Positions 10,082-18,951 of a stretch of 64,000 nt of DNA are shown here, one piece after another; positions within the stretch are counted from its first letter, which is position 1, and the number at the start of each line of letters is the position of its first letter. This DNA comes from Flavobacteriia bacterium. GTDB lineage: Bacteria > Bacteroidota > Bacteroidia > Flavobacteriales_D > Crocinitomicaceae. The stretch covers positions 12,580-76,579 of the forward strand of contig CANHRS010000002.1 of NCBI GenBank assembly GCA_947463445.1, in the 5' to 3' direction. Made by a program: the position numbers and the translations under genes. The notes beneath the pieces were generated by a model. That model saw only the letters and a list, made by a program, of their open reading frames with translations, did no database searches and had not been told where the DNA came from.

Positions 10082-10549
10082 ATGACAAAACAAGGTTGGA
10101 AAATCGATGGTGAAAGTTTTGCTTCCACTGCCAAAGCTTCGGTAATTTGGGAAGATGCACACTTTTTTACCTTGCTTGTTGCCGATAAACAATTCCATGG
10201 AGAAATTGTAGAAAATGGCATGGAACAAGGATTTTTAAAAGTGAAAATCAACCACCGAGAATTTGTAATTCAAAAACAACGTGCCTTAGATTCCTTGATT
10301 GCTGAATTAGGATTAGATAAAGAAAAAGTACGAAAACTACACCAATTAAAATCTCCTATGCCTGGTCGCGTGATTGCTATTGCGGTAAACATTGGGGATG
10401 AAATACAAGTCGGAGACGAACTACTGACCCTCGAAGCCATGAAGATGGAAAATGTGTTAAAGTCTGATGGTACTGGGGTCGTAAAATCGATCGATATTCA
10501 GTTACAAGACGTCGTAGATAAAGGAAAAGTATTAATAACATTTGCATAA
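10082..10549 (+). CDS. biotinyl (biotin/lipoyl attachment) domain protein, BCCP-like
   Basis: The C-terminal ~70 aa carry the biotinylation motif EAMKMEN (LTLEAMKMENVLKS). The N-terminal ~85 aa are unassigned. No carboxylase partner in the window. Confidence 0.8.
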   Translation: MTKQGWKIDGESFASTAKASVIWEDAHFFTLLVADKQFHGEIVENGMEQGFLKVKINHREFVIQKQRALDSLIAELGLDKEKVRKLHQLKSPMPGRVIAIAVNIGDEIQVGDELLTLEAMKMENVLKSDGTGVVKSIDIQLQDVVDKGKVLITFA

Positions 10550-10561
10550 AATAGAACGAGT

Positions 10562-11092
10562 ATGAGTTTAATGATGCCATTTAACCTGCAACAGTGGATT
10601 GAAGAAAACCGCGAATTTTTGAAACCGCCGATCAATAATAAAAACCTGTACAAACAAGCAGGTGATTTCATCGTAATGATTGTAGGCGGACCAAACGCGC
10701 GTAAGGATTACCACTATAACGAAAGCGAAGAGTTATTCTACCAATTAGAAGGGGATATGACGGTTTTTGCGCAAATCGACGGAGAAAAGAAAGAAATTAC
10801 GATCAAAGAAGGGGAAATGTTCTTACTTCCTGCAAATATTCCACATAATCCTGTGCGACCAGAAAACACGATCGGTTTGGTAATCGAACGCGTGCGTAAA
10901 GGAACCGATTTGTCGGATGGGTTGTTTTGGTTTTGTGAAGCATGTAACAACCCACTTCACCATTACAGATTCCCATTGACAAACATAGAATCGGATTTCT
11001 TAGATCGTTTCAAAGATTTCTATTCCAATTTAGATTACAGAACGTGTAACAAATGTGGACACGTGATGGAAACGGATGAACGATATGTTTAA
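10562..11092 (+). CDS. 3-hydroxyanthranilate 3,4-dioxygenase (kynurenine pathway)
   Basis: 176 aa. Cupin core GGPNARKDYHYNESEELFYQLEG...LPANIPHNP and a C-terminal Cys4 rubredoxin-like site (CEAC...CNKC), as in bacterial HAO enzymes. Confidence 0.9.
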   Translation: MSLMMPFNLQQWIEENREFLKPPINNKNLYKQAGDFIVMIVGGPNARKDYHYNESEELFYQLEGDMTVFAQIDGEKKEITIKEGEMFLLPANIPHNPVRPENTIGLVIERVRKGTDLSDGLFWFCEACNNPLHHYRFPLTNIESDFLDRFKDFYSNLDYRTCNKCGHVMETDERYV

Positions 11093-11137
11093 TTATGAAT
11101 GATGTCCCGAAAGCTTTCGGGATATAAATGATGAATG

Positions 11138-11161
11138 GTCTCACGAAAGTGGGGCTTTTTT
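11138..11161 (+). terminator. intrinsic terminator after the dioxygenase gene
   Basis: A 7-bp stem GGUCUCAC/GUGGGGC region (with G-U pairs), a GAAA tetraloop, then T6 (11156-11161). It is preceded by a perfect 18-bp palindrome TCCCGAAAGCTTTCGGGA at 11105-11122. Confidence 0.6.
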
Positions 11162-11210
11162 GTGACTTTTAAATAGTCGGGTCAAGTTGAACGAAGAAGA
11201 AACTCCCGCC

Positions 11211-11290
11211 AAAAAGTGTGACATTTCACAAAAAGTCGTACGAAAAAGTGTGACATTTCACAAAAAGTCGTGCGAAAAAGTGTAATTACA
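11211..11290. repeat. 32-bp tandem repeat (2.5 copies) carrying phased palindromes, upstream of the ATPase gene
   Basis: AAAAAGTGTGACATTTCACAAAAAGTCGT[A/G]CG occurs at 11211-11242 and 11243-11274, with a partial third unit AAAAAGTGTAATTACA at 11275-11290. Palindromes TGTGA-N4-TCACA (11217-11230, 11249-11262) and TGTAATTACA (11281-11290) are spaced exactly 32 bp apart. The array ends 25 nt before the ATG at 11316. Confidence 0.85.
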
Positions 11291-11315
11291 TCTATTTTTT
11301 GCCTACATTTATGTC

Positions 11316-12632
11316 ATGAAAAGGCAGGCAGAACAAGCATTACACACCTGGAAATACTCGGAGTTTCGAAAACCCTTGTTGGTATATGGTGCGCGTCAGG
11401 TTGGGAAAACCTGGCTCATGAAGCATTTCGGAGCGGAAAATTTCCGAAATTACCTCTACATCAACTTTGAAAAAGAAGTCAGTTTGCGCGGGATTTTTGA
11501 AGAAGATTATAACCCGCAACGTATCGTAAAAGTATTGGAGATTTTTACCAATAGTACTATCATTCCGGGAGAAACATTACTCCTATTCGATGAGATTCAA
11601 GAAGCAAAAGGCGCTATCACTTGCTTAAAATACTTTAACGAGGAACTACCTCAATTACATATCATTGGTGCAGGTTCATTATTGGGAATTGCACTCAAAC
11701 AACAAACCTCATTCCCAGTGGGGCAAGTGGATTTTCTGTATATGCATCCATTATCCTTCGCTGAATTTTTAGAGGCAAAAGGGGAAGGAAGACTACAAAC
11801 ACTTCTACAAGAACAAGATTGGGAAATCATTACGCAGTTCCACCAAAAATGGATGCAACTCCTCAAAGAATATTATTTTGTTGGCGGAATGCCAGAAGCA
11901 GTAAGTTATTTCATCGAAAAAAACGAATATACAGGGGTACGAACTATCCAACAAAACATACTAAACGCGTACGAACAAGATTTTTCTAAACATGCACCAA
12001 GCGAAATCATTCCCAAAATTCGCATGATTTGGAACACGATTGTCAGTCAACTTTCCAAAGAAAATAAAAAGTTTATTTATGGACTCATCAAAGATGGTGC
12101 ACGCGCTAAAGACTATGAATTAGCACTTGCATGGTTAGAAGATTATGGTCTAGTCAAAAAAGTGTATCGTACAAAAAAAGCAGCATTACCGATTAAAAGT
12201 TATATCGATTTACAAGCGTTCAAATTGTATATACTCGATGTTGGTTTGTTAGGTGCAATGGCAAATCTTGGTCCGCAAACCCTTATTCAGGGGGATGCAT
12301 TATTTCAAGAATTCAAAGGTTCATTAATAGAACAATATGTTGCACAACAATTAACGAGCGAAAAACTAAACAGTTTGTGTTATTGGGCAAACGATAGTGG
12401 TTCTGCGGAAGTCGATTTTATGCTAGAAATAGCAGGAATTATTGTTCCGATAGAAGTGAAAGCAACGGAAAATTTACAAGCAAAGTCACTGAAAACGTTT
12501 GCACAAAAAAATCCAGACATCCATTGCTACCGAACTTCACTTTCGAATTACAAAATAGAATCTTGGGTGACCAATGTACCTTTGTATGCCATCCAGCAAC
12601 TTCCGGAAATAATAACTTCTAAACTTCGTTGA
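11316..12632 (+). CDS. AAA-family ATPase with C-terminal DUF4143 / PD-(D/E)xK-like domain (COG1373 type)
   Basis: 438 aa. Walker A GARQVGKTW, Walker B LLLFDEIQ, and a C-terminal AEVDFMLE...IVPIEVKA (D...ExK) element characteristic of AAA_14+DUF4143 proteins. Confidence 0.85.
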   Translation: MKRQAEQALHTWKYSEFRKPLLVYGARQVGKTWLMKHFGAENFRNYLYINFEKEVSLRGIFEEDYNPQRIVKVLEIFTNSTIIPGETLLLFDEIQEAKGAITCLKYFNEELPQLHIIGAGSLLGIALKQQTSFPVGQVDFLYMHPLSFAEFLEAKGEGRLQTLLQEQDWEIITQFHQKWMQLLKEYYFVGGMPEAVSYFIEKNEYTGVRTIQQNILNAYEQDFSKHAPSEIIPKIRMIWNTIVSQLSKENKKFIYGLIKDGARAKDYELALAWLEDYGLVKKVYRTKKAALPIKSYIDLQAFKLYILDVGLLGAMANLGPQTLIQGDALFQEFKGSLIEQYVAQQLTSEKLNSLCYWANDSGSAEVDFMLEIAGIIVPIEVKATENLQAKSLKTFAQKNPDIHCYRTSLSNYKIESWVTNVPLYAIQQLPEIITSKLR

Positions 12633-12647
12633 TTATAACGCTAATTT

Positions 12648-15600
12648 ATGAAGTTCTCTCGAAAAATTCTACTGGTTCTAACCCTCCTTCTCTTCCAACT
12701 TCTCGCGGTTGGACAAGAGTCGAACCTACGTAGAAAAATGTTTTTTCCGAGTGCTTCCCCGCAACTCCTAGATACATTTACCGTGTATCCTTCCACGGTG
12801 AAGGTTTTTGTAAAAGGAATACTTCTACCCAAACAACAGTATGAAATCAATCCTACAAACGGAACAATAGCATTTTTACAAATTCCATCCGACAGTGTAT
12901 TCGTAGAATTTCGTGTGTTACCGATACAGTTATCCAAAACCTATAAAGTCCGAGATACCAGCCAAATTTATGCGAACCATAAAGGAGAATATGAAAAGTT
13001 TCTGCAAGCGCAAAAAATAAATTACGACGATGTATTTGGTTCTTCTGGACTCAAAAAATCAGGGAGTATCTCCAGAGGTTTATCCTTTGGAAATAACCAA
13101 AATGTATCCTTAAATTCGACCTTAAACCTGGAATTATCTGGAGATATTGCACCAAACCTAAAAATTTTAGCTTCGGTAACCGATAAAAATATTCCGATGC
13201 AACCCGAAGGAAATACTAGCAAGCTCCAAGAATTTGACCAAGTGTTTATTCAAATTTATAACGACAAATTCAAACTCATCGCTGGAGATTTCTGGATCAA
13301 TAAACCACCAGGATATTTCTTGACCTACAAAAAAAGAGGTCAGGGAGTAAGCACCGAATACCAATGGAAAAATGCTACTGGTGGAACATGGAAATCGAGT
13401 GCTGCCGTTGGATTATCCAAAGGAAAATATGCACGACAAATCATTCCAGGAATTGAAGGAAATCAAGGTCCATACAGACTAAAAGGCAACGAAAACGAAC
13501 CGTTTATCATTGTGTTATCCGGTACGGAAAAAGTATATATCGATGGACGCTTGTTAAGCCGCGGACAAGAGAATGATTATATGATCAACTACAATACCGC
13601 TGAAGTAACCTTTACGAGTAGAAATAACATCACCAAAGATGTACGAATTGTAATTGAATTTCAATATTCTGACCAAAATTATGCACGTTCTTTAGCCACT
13701 GCAAATCTTGCTTTTCAACAGAAAAAATTTGATTTTTGGTTAAATACCTACTCCGAACAAGATGCTAAAAACCAAACCTTACAGCAAAGTTTGTCGAACC
13801 CGCAAAAACTATTATTAGCATCTGTAGGGGATAGTCTGCAACTCGCTAATACATTGAGTATCGACTCCATCGGGTTTTTGGAAAATCAAAACATGTATCG
13901 GAAAATAGATTCGCTTGGCTATTCGAATGTGTTGGTTTATTCCATCGATCCAAAACATGCATACAATCAATGTATCTTTACCTATGTAGGCACAAACAAA
14001 GGAAACTATGTGTTTGAAAAATTTAATGCATTAGGTAAAATTTTTAAATGGGTTGCTCCCATCAATGGTCAGGCCCAAGGAGATTATGAACCAATACGTT
14101 TACTTATTACGCCTAAACAAAACCAATTTGTTGCTTCGGGAGTTTCGTATAAATTCTCCCCAAAAAACAATATTGAAACTGAGTTTGCAAGTAGTAAAAA
14201 CAACCAAAACACCTTCTCTCAATTAGATAAAAGTAACGATGTAGGGATTAGTAACCATACAAAATTTAATAACGAAGTTTTTATTGGAAAAGACAGTTTA
14301 AGTAACTGGAAACTAAAAAATAAAGCAGAATTAGAGTTTTTATCCACCCATTTTTCACCGATTGAAATTTACCGTTCTGCAGAATTTGATCGCGATTGGA
14401 ACACCCGAAACAAAGGTTTTAGAGGACAACAACTTTCCACTTCCTTAGCGACTACTATCGAACACCTAAAAAAAGGGAACATCGGATTAGAAGCCACTCG
14501 TTATGCAATTGGCTCCGATTATCTAGGAAAAAAGGCTGTTTTTGCAGGGAAATGGAAATCCCATGGAGTAGATGCCGATTGGACAAGCAGTTATTTAGAG
14601 AGTCAAACGAAACAAGCCACAAATTCCTATATTAGACATAAAGCTATGATTACTAAACAACTAGGAAAACTAAAAATAGGATATAAAGACGACCAAGAAG
14701 ATAATCGTTTTTCTACCGCAACCCTTTTTAATCCTGCTAGTTATTCCTTTTTTGATTACCAAGTATTTTTAGCAAATGCAGATTCTTCGCGCTTGAATTA
14801 CAAATTATTTTACCAAGAACGATACGATAAACGTTCCGACAGTTTGAGACTTACACCGGTTGCAAAAGCACGGACTTTCGGCTCCGAATTTTCTTTTCTT
14901 TCACAAAAAAACCAACGATTAAATTTTATCTTGAATTACCGGGAACTAGTCATTTCAAATGCCAAATTAATCAATCAAACTCCTGAAAACACCTTGTTGG
15001 GCAGATTGGATTACGATCTAAATGTATGGAAAGGAGTATTTACGTGGAATTCCTTTTATGAATTAGGAAGTGGATTAGAACTAAAAAAGGAATTTTTATA
15101 TATCAAAGTCAACGACGGACAAGGGGTGTATACTTGGATTGATTATAACCAAGATGGAAGTAAAGATTTAAATGAATTTGAAGTTGCACAATTTGTAGAT
15201 CAAGCAAGTTATATACGGGTATTTATACCAAGCAATAATTATGTAAAAACCTATAGTAATGAGTTAAATCAAGGTGTCTTTTTTAAACCCGAAAAAATTT
15301 GGCAAAATGCAACAGGCATAAAGAAAGTGGTAGGACTTATGTCTGATCAATTGCGGATGCGTATCAATCGTAAATCAAATCATTTTGATGGAAGTTCGTA
15401 TTTCAATCCGTTTATCTTTCAGATATCCGATACTTCGTTGTTAAGCACCAACTATAATTTGCGTAACACGATGTATATTAACCGTACTAGCTCCATTATT
15501 GGGGGAGAATACATCTATCAAGACAACCAAACTAAAACTCTTTTGGCAACAGGATTTGATGCACGCAATCAACGCTACCATGAATTCAATTTACGTTGGA

Positions 15601-16085
15601 ACATAAAACGGGTTATTTTATTTGAAATCAATTACCAACAAGGAACGAAAGAAGCCAAAGCTGATTACACGGTTGGGAGAAACTACTTTTTGCAATATCG
15701 CCAAGTCAAACCTACGATTAGTTACCAACCTGCAACATCTTCGCGTTTCACGTTAGAAACACGTTATTCAACCAAAAACGCTATTTCGGGTGAATATGCG
15801 TATGTTAAAGAACTTACCCTTCGCAGTAAATACAACCAAGCAGAAAAAGGAAGTTTACAGGCAAGTTTTTCCCTTTTAAAAATTGATTTTCAAGGAAATG
15901 CGAGTTCGGCTGTTGGATTTGAACTCCTCGAGGCACTCAAACCTGGAAATAACGCCACTTGGAATGTGGGGTACCAACGAAATGTCTCCAAAAAACTGCA
16001 GATCTCCATACAATATAACGGAAGAAAATCCGAAAGTAGTCGTACGATTCATACCGGAGGAATGGAAGTTAGGGCGTATTTTTAA
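12648..16085 (+). CDS. large conserved-hypothetical outer-membrane protein (predicted beta-barrel)
   Basis: 1145 aa with signal peptide [23 protein letters not shown]. The composition is Y/N/S/T-rich with alternating residues throughout. The C-terminal ...GGMEVRAYF ends in an aromatic residue, as in OM beta-barrel signatures. No named family recognised. Confidence 0.7.
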   Translation: MKFSRKILLVLTLLLFQLLAVGQESNLRRKMFFPSASPQLLDTFTVYPSTVKVFVKGILLPKQQYEINPTNGTIAFLQIPSDSVFVEFRVLPIQLSKTYKVRDTSQIYANHKGEYEKFLQAQKINYDDVFGSSGLKKSGSISRGLSFGNNQNVSLNSTLNLELSGDIAPNLKILASVTDKNIPMQPEGNTSKLQEFDQVFIQIYNDKFKLIAGDFWINKPPGYFLTYKKRGQGVSTEYQWKNATGGTWKSSAAVGLSKGKYARQIIPGIEGNQGPYRLKGNENEPFIIVLSGTEKVYIDGRLLSRGQENDYMINYNTAEVTFTSRNNITKDVRIVIEFQYSDQNYARSLATANLAFQQKKFDFWLNTYSEQDAKNQTLQQSLSNPQKLLLASVGDSLQLANTLSIDSIGFLENQNMYRKIDSLGYSNVLVYSIDPKHAYNQCIFTYVGTNKGNYVFEKFNALGKIFKWVAPINGQAQGDYEPIRLLITPKQNQFVASGVSYKFSPKNNIETEFASSKNNQNTFSQLDKSNDVGISNHTKFNNEVFIGKDSLSNWKLKNKAELEFLSTHFSPIEIYRSAEFDRDWNTRNKGFRGQQLSTSLATTIEHLKKGNIGLEATRYAIGSDYLGKKAVFAGKWKSHGVDADWTSSYLESQTKQATNSYIRHKAMITKQLGKLKIGYKDDQEDNRFSTATLFNPASYSFFDYQVFLANADSSRLNYKLFYQERYDKRSDSLRLTPVAKARTFGSEFSFLSQKNQRLNFILNYRELVISNAKLINQTPENTLLGRLDYDLNVWKGVFTWNSFYELGSGLELKKEFLYIKVNDGQGVYTWIDYNQDGSKDLNEFEVAQFVDQASYIRVFIPSNNYVKTYSNELNQGVFFKPEKIWQNATGIKKVVGLMSDQLRMRINRKSNHFDGSSYFNPFIFQISDTSLLSTNYNLRNTMYINRTSSIIGGEYIYQDNQTKTLLATGFDARNQRYHEFNLRWNIKRVILFEINYQQGTKEAKADYTVGRNYFLQYRQVKPTISYQPATSSRFTLETRYSTKNAISGEYAYVKELTLRSKYNQAEKGSLQASFSLLKIDFQGNASSAVGFELLEALKPGNNATWNVGYQRNVSKKLQISIQYNGRKSESSRTIHTGGMEVRAYF
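16046..16085 (+). repeat. direct repeat copy A (native 3' end of the 1145-aa gene)
   Basis: GATTCATACCGGAGGAATGGAAGTTAGGGCGTATTTTTAA is 36/40 identical to 17035-17074. Confidence 0.9.
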
Positions 16086-16106
16086 AGGTTATTATAGCAT
16101 AAATTT

Positions 16107-16951
16107 CTACCCTAAATTAGATCCTAGATCGTTTAAATTCTCTTCAATTTCTTCCACACTTGGTAAACTTCCCTTTAAGTTATCTGGTAAAATACGCGTT
16201 AATTCATATTCTGAGATTCCAATCGGTTTATGGATATCCCGTAAGGTATATTCTGCAAACAATTTTCCGTTGCTAAGGTTGTAAAGTCAAATATGTACGG
16301 ATCTTTAAATAAATGTTTGGCCCAAGCTGAATGATCATCAGGAAGTGTGTGATCAAAATTATTTATTAACGTTCCTTGGCGTTCGTGTACCTCGCTTTTG
16401 ATTTGTACGGCCAAGGTATCTCTGCTCCAACCTTGTTCAGCTACTTGTTGCATATACCAAAATCGGATAGGGATATCTTTTATTTTTTGCATCAAAATAA
16501 CATGATGTGACCAACTAATTTTAGTAATTAACTGTATTTCATTAGATTGTAATTTTGCAACGGGCAGTTGCGAAATTGGAGTTTCCTCTGTTTTTAAATC
16601 CGACAAGTCAATTGGCGGAATTAAATTATCTTCATTTTCTAATTGGGCAACGGGCAGTTGCCCAATTGTAAGGGATTGATATTCTTGAAAAAATTTGAGC
16701 ATATAATTGATGTTTCTCTCCGAAAATCCTTTCGCATCACTCAATTCATTCTTTAAATCTACTGCCAAACGTGGAATGACTCCTTTTCCCCAACCTTCTT
16801 GTTGTTGTCGTTCGTGAATCATTTTACCAATATCCCAATAAGTAGCCAACATCTCGGCATTTGCCGTTTGAAATACTTTCGTTTGTCCTTGTCGAACACG
16901 TGCTTTGATGACTCCTAATAGGTCTTTATAGTTTGTTAATTCATTACGCAT
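16107..16951 (-). pseudogene. decayed YhcG/DUF1016-family PD-(D/E)xK nuclease gene (internal deletion plus frameshift)
   Basis: ORF 16199-16951 carries DUF1016 N-terminal hallmarks (ISWSHHVILMQKIKD, FWYMQQVAEQGWSRDTLAVQIKS, FKDPYIFDF). The nuclease core that normally follows is absent. The family's typical C-terminal tail (NGKLFAEYTLRDIHKPIGISEYELTRILPDNLKGSLPSVEEIEENL, stop at 16107-16109) continues in a different frame. Confidence 0.72.
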
Positions 16952-17034
16952 ATCTCTAATTTAGTGAAATAGATAAAATTAATTATAACGAAACAGATAA
17001 AATTTTAATGAATTATTTTCTTTTTTAGCCGCAT

Positions 17035-17074
17035 GATTCATACAGGTGGAATGGAAGTCAGGGCGTATTTTTGA
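17035..17074 (+). repeat. direct repeat copy B (relic gene 3' end)
   Basis: GATTCATACAGGTGGAATGGAAGTCAGGGCGTATTTTTGA encodes the same IHTGGMEVRAYF-stop as copy A. The 4 differences are all at third codon positions or within the stop codon. Confidence 0.9.
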
Positions 17075-17160
17075 TTTACAACTACTCTCTTTATGTACGG
17101 GTTTTTTTGAAGTAGGAAAACACCGCTACCGCACTTTTTTTTTGTGTAATTTTGTTTTAC

Positions 17161-18951
17161 ATGGCACCGGAGCATTTGCAACTCAAATTGAAAACAATTC
17201 CAGAACAACCTGGGATATATCAATATTTTGATAAAGAAGGGGTTATAATTTATGTTGGCAAAGCAAAGAATTTAAAAAAACGGGTAACTTCCTATTTTGT
17301 AAAAACACAAGATAATCTTAAAACACGCATACTTGTCAAGCAAATTATCGATATTCAATACTTGGTAGTAGATACGGAGTTAGATGCCTTATTACTTGAA
17401 AATAGTTTAATCAAAAAGTATCAGCCTAAATACAATATTCAACTGAAGGACGATAAAACCTATCCTTGGATTTGTATCAAACAGGAGCCGTTTCCAAGGG
17501 TGTTTTCTACTAGAACTTTAGTGCGAGATGGATCTGCTTATTTTGGTCCGTATACCAATGTGAAAATGGTGAATACCTTGGTGCAATTCATTAAAGAATT
17601 ATACCAACTGCGCACGTGTACTTTTGACTTGTCAGAGCGTAATATTCAACAGGAAAAGTATAAAGTATGCTTGGAGTATCATATTGGTAATTGTAAAGCA
17701 CCTTGTATTGGTAAACAATCGCAAGAAGATTATGCGATTTCGATTCAACATATTGAAGCAATATTGAAAGGGCAGATTTCGACTGTTATTCAGTATGTGA
17801 AGAAAACCATGATGGAATATGCAGATGCATATCGTTTTGAGGATGCCCATCGGATGAAGGAAAAGTTAGAATTGCTTGAAAATTACAAAGCAAAGTCAAC
17901 CATTGTTTCTCCAAAAATTCAGGCAGTGGATGTGATAACAGCCATTGAGGATGAAAAATCGTATTTTGTGAATTATTTGGTTGTCTCTAATGGTGCAATC
18001 ATACACGGAATTACATTGGAAGTTCAAAAAAAGTTAGACGAAAAAATTGAAGATGTTGTATTATTTGCTTTGCTGCAATTTCGGGAACGTTTTACTAGTT
18101 TTTCTAAGGAAATATTGACATCCATTACACTAGATTCACCTACCTCTGAATTTAAATGTGTTATTCCGCAAATTGGCGATAAAAAGAATTTAGTGGAATT
18201 ATCGTTACGCAACGCGAAGTTCTATCGCATGGAGAAGTTTAAACACCAGAAAATTACAAATCAAGAAGCGCATTCCGAGCGCATACTGCGAACGATACAA
18301 CGCGATTTACGATTAGCGGAACTTCCAAAACACATGGAATGTTTTGATAATTCCAATATTCAAGGAACAAATCCGGTTTCTGCTTGTGTAGTTTTTAAGG
18401 ATGGTAAACCTTCCAAAAAAGATTATCGTCATTTTAACGTACAAACAGTGGTAGGTCCGGATGATTTTGCAACCATGGAGGAAGCGGTATTTAGGAGGTA
18501 CAGACGTTTATTAGACGAAAACGAACCTTTACCACAACTTATTATTATCGATGGTGGTAAAGGTCAGTTAGGTGCTGCTTTAAAGGCTTTAGAAAAATTA
18601 AATTTGCGCGGGAAAATAGCTATTGTTGGTATTGCAAAGCGCTTGGAAGAAATCTTTTTTCCTGGGGATAGTATTCCTATTTATTTGGATAAACGTTCAG
18701 AGAGTTTGAAAGTAATTCAATTTATGCGAAATGAAGCACATCGTTTCGGTATAACACACCATCGTAACCGACGTAGTAAAGGAGCTTTTGTTTCAGAGTT
18801 AGAGGGAATACCAGGAATCGGTGAAACAACATTCAAAAAATTAATGACCACTTTTAAAAGTGTATCAGGAATAAAAAAAGCATCTAAAGAAGCACTAGAA
18901 CAGTGTATTGGAAAATCAAAAGCACAAGTTTTGTTAGCATATTTTAGTTAA
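17161..18951 (+). CDS. uvrC: excinuclease ABC subunit C
   Basis: GIY-YIG motif (PGIYQYFDKEGVIIYVGKAKNLKKRV), a central UvrC endonuclease region (FDNSNIQGT) and a C-terminal HhH (IPGIGETTFKKLM). The ATG at 17161 is preferred over the TTG at 17152. Confidence 0.96.
   Translation: MAPEHLQLKLKTIPEQPGIYQYFDKEGVIIYVGKAKNLKKRVTSYFVKTQDNLKTRILVKQIIDIQYLVVDTELDALLLENSLIKKYQPKYNIQLKDDKTYPWICIKQEPFPRVFSTRTLVRDGSAYFGPYTNVKMVNTLVQFIKELYQLRTCTFDLSERNIQQEKYKVCLEYHIGNCKAPCIGKQSQEDYAISIQHIEAILKGQISTVIQYVKKTMMEYADAYRFEDAHRMKEKLELLENYKAKSTIVSPKIQAVDVITAIEDEKSYFVNYLVVSNGAIIHGITLEVQKKLDEKIEDVVLFALLQFRERFTSFSKEILTSITLDSPTSEFKCVIPQIGDKKNLVELSLRNAKFYRMEKFKHQKITNQEAHSERILRTIQRDLRLAELPKHMECFDNSNIQGTNPVSACVVFKDGKPSKKDYRHFNVQTVVGPDDFATMEEAVFRRYRRLLDENEPLPQLIIIDGGKGQLGAALKALEKLNLRGKIAIVGIAKRLEEIFFPGDSIPIYLDKRSESLKVIQFMRNEAHRFGITHHRNRRSKGAFVSELEGIPGIGETTFKKLMTTFKSVSGIKKASKEALEQCIGKSKAQVLLAYFS

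Noticed and set aside
11211-11290. 32-bp tandem repeat considered as a mini CRISPR array
   Set aside because: The copies are directly contiguous with no spacers. There are only 2.5 units and no cas genes in the window. It is better explained as phased operator-like palindromes.
15883-16284. 133-aa plus-strand ORF bridging the end of the OM-protein gene and the insertion
   Set aside because: It overlaps the real frame of the 1145-aa gene and then reads antisense through the YhcG tail. No coding signal.
9488-17074. Treating the TA pair, COG1373 ATPase and YhcG remnant as one genomic or defence island
   Set aside because: Housekeeping-type genes (BCCP-like, 3-hydroxyanthranilate dioxygenase, the 1145-aa OM protein) separate them. 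There is no integrase, tRNA or common boundary repeat. They look like independent single-module insertions.
17033-17231. Mini-ORF MIHTGGMEVRAYF and two 61-aa ORFs over repeat copy B
   Set aside because: The mini-ORF is simply the relic gene end that happens to follow an ATG. The 61-aa ORFs overlap each other on opposite strands and overlap the uvrC start. None is credible as a gene.
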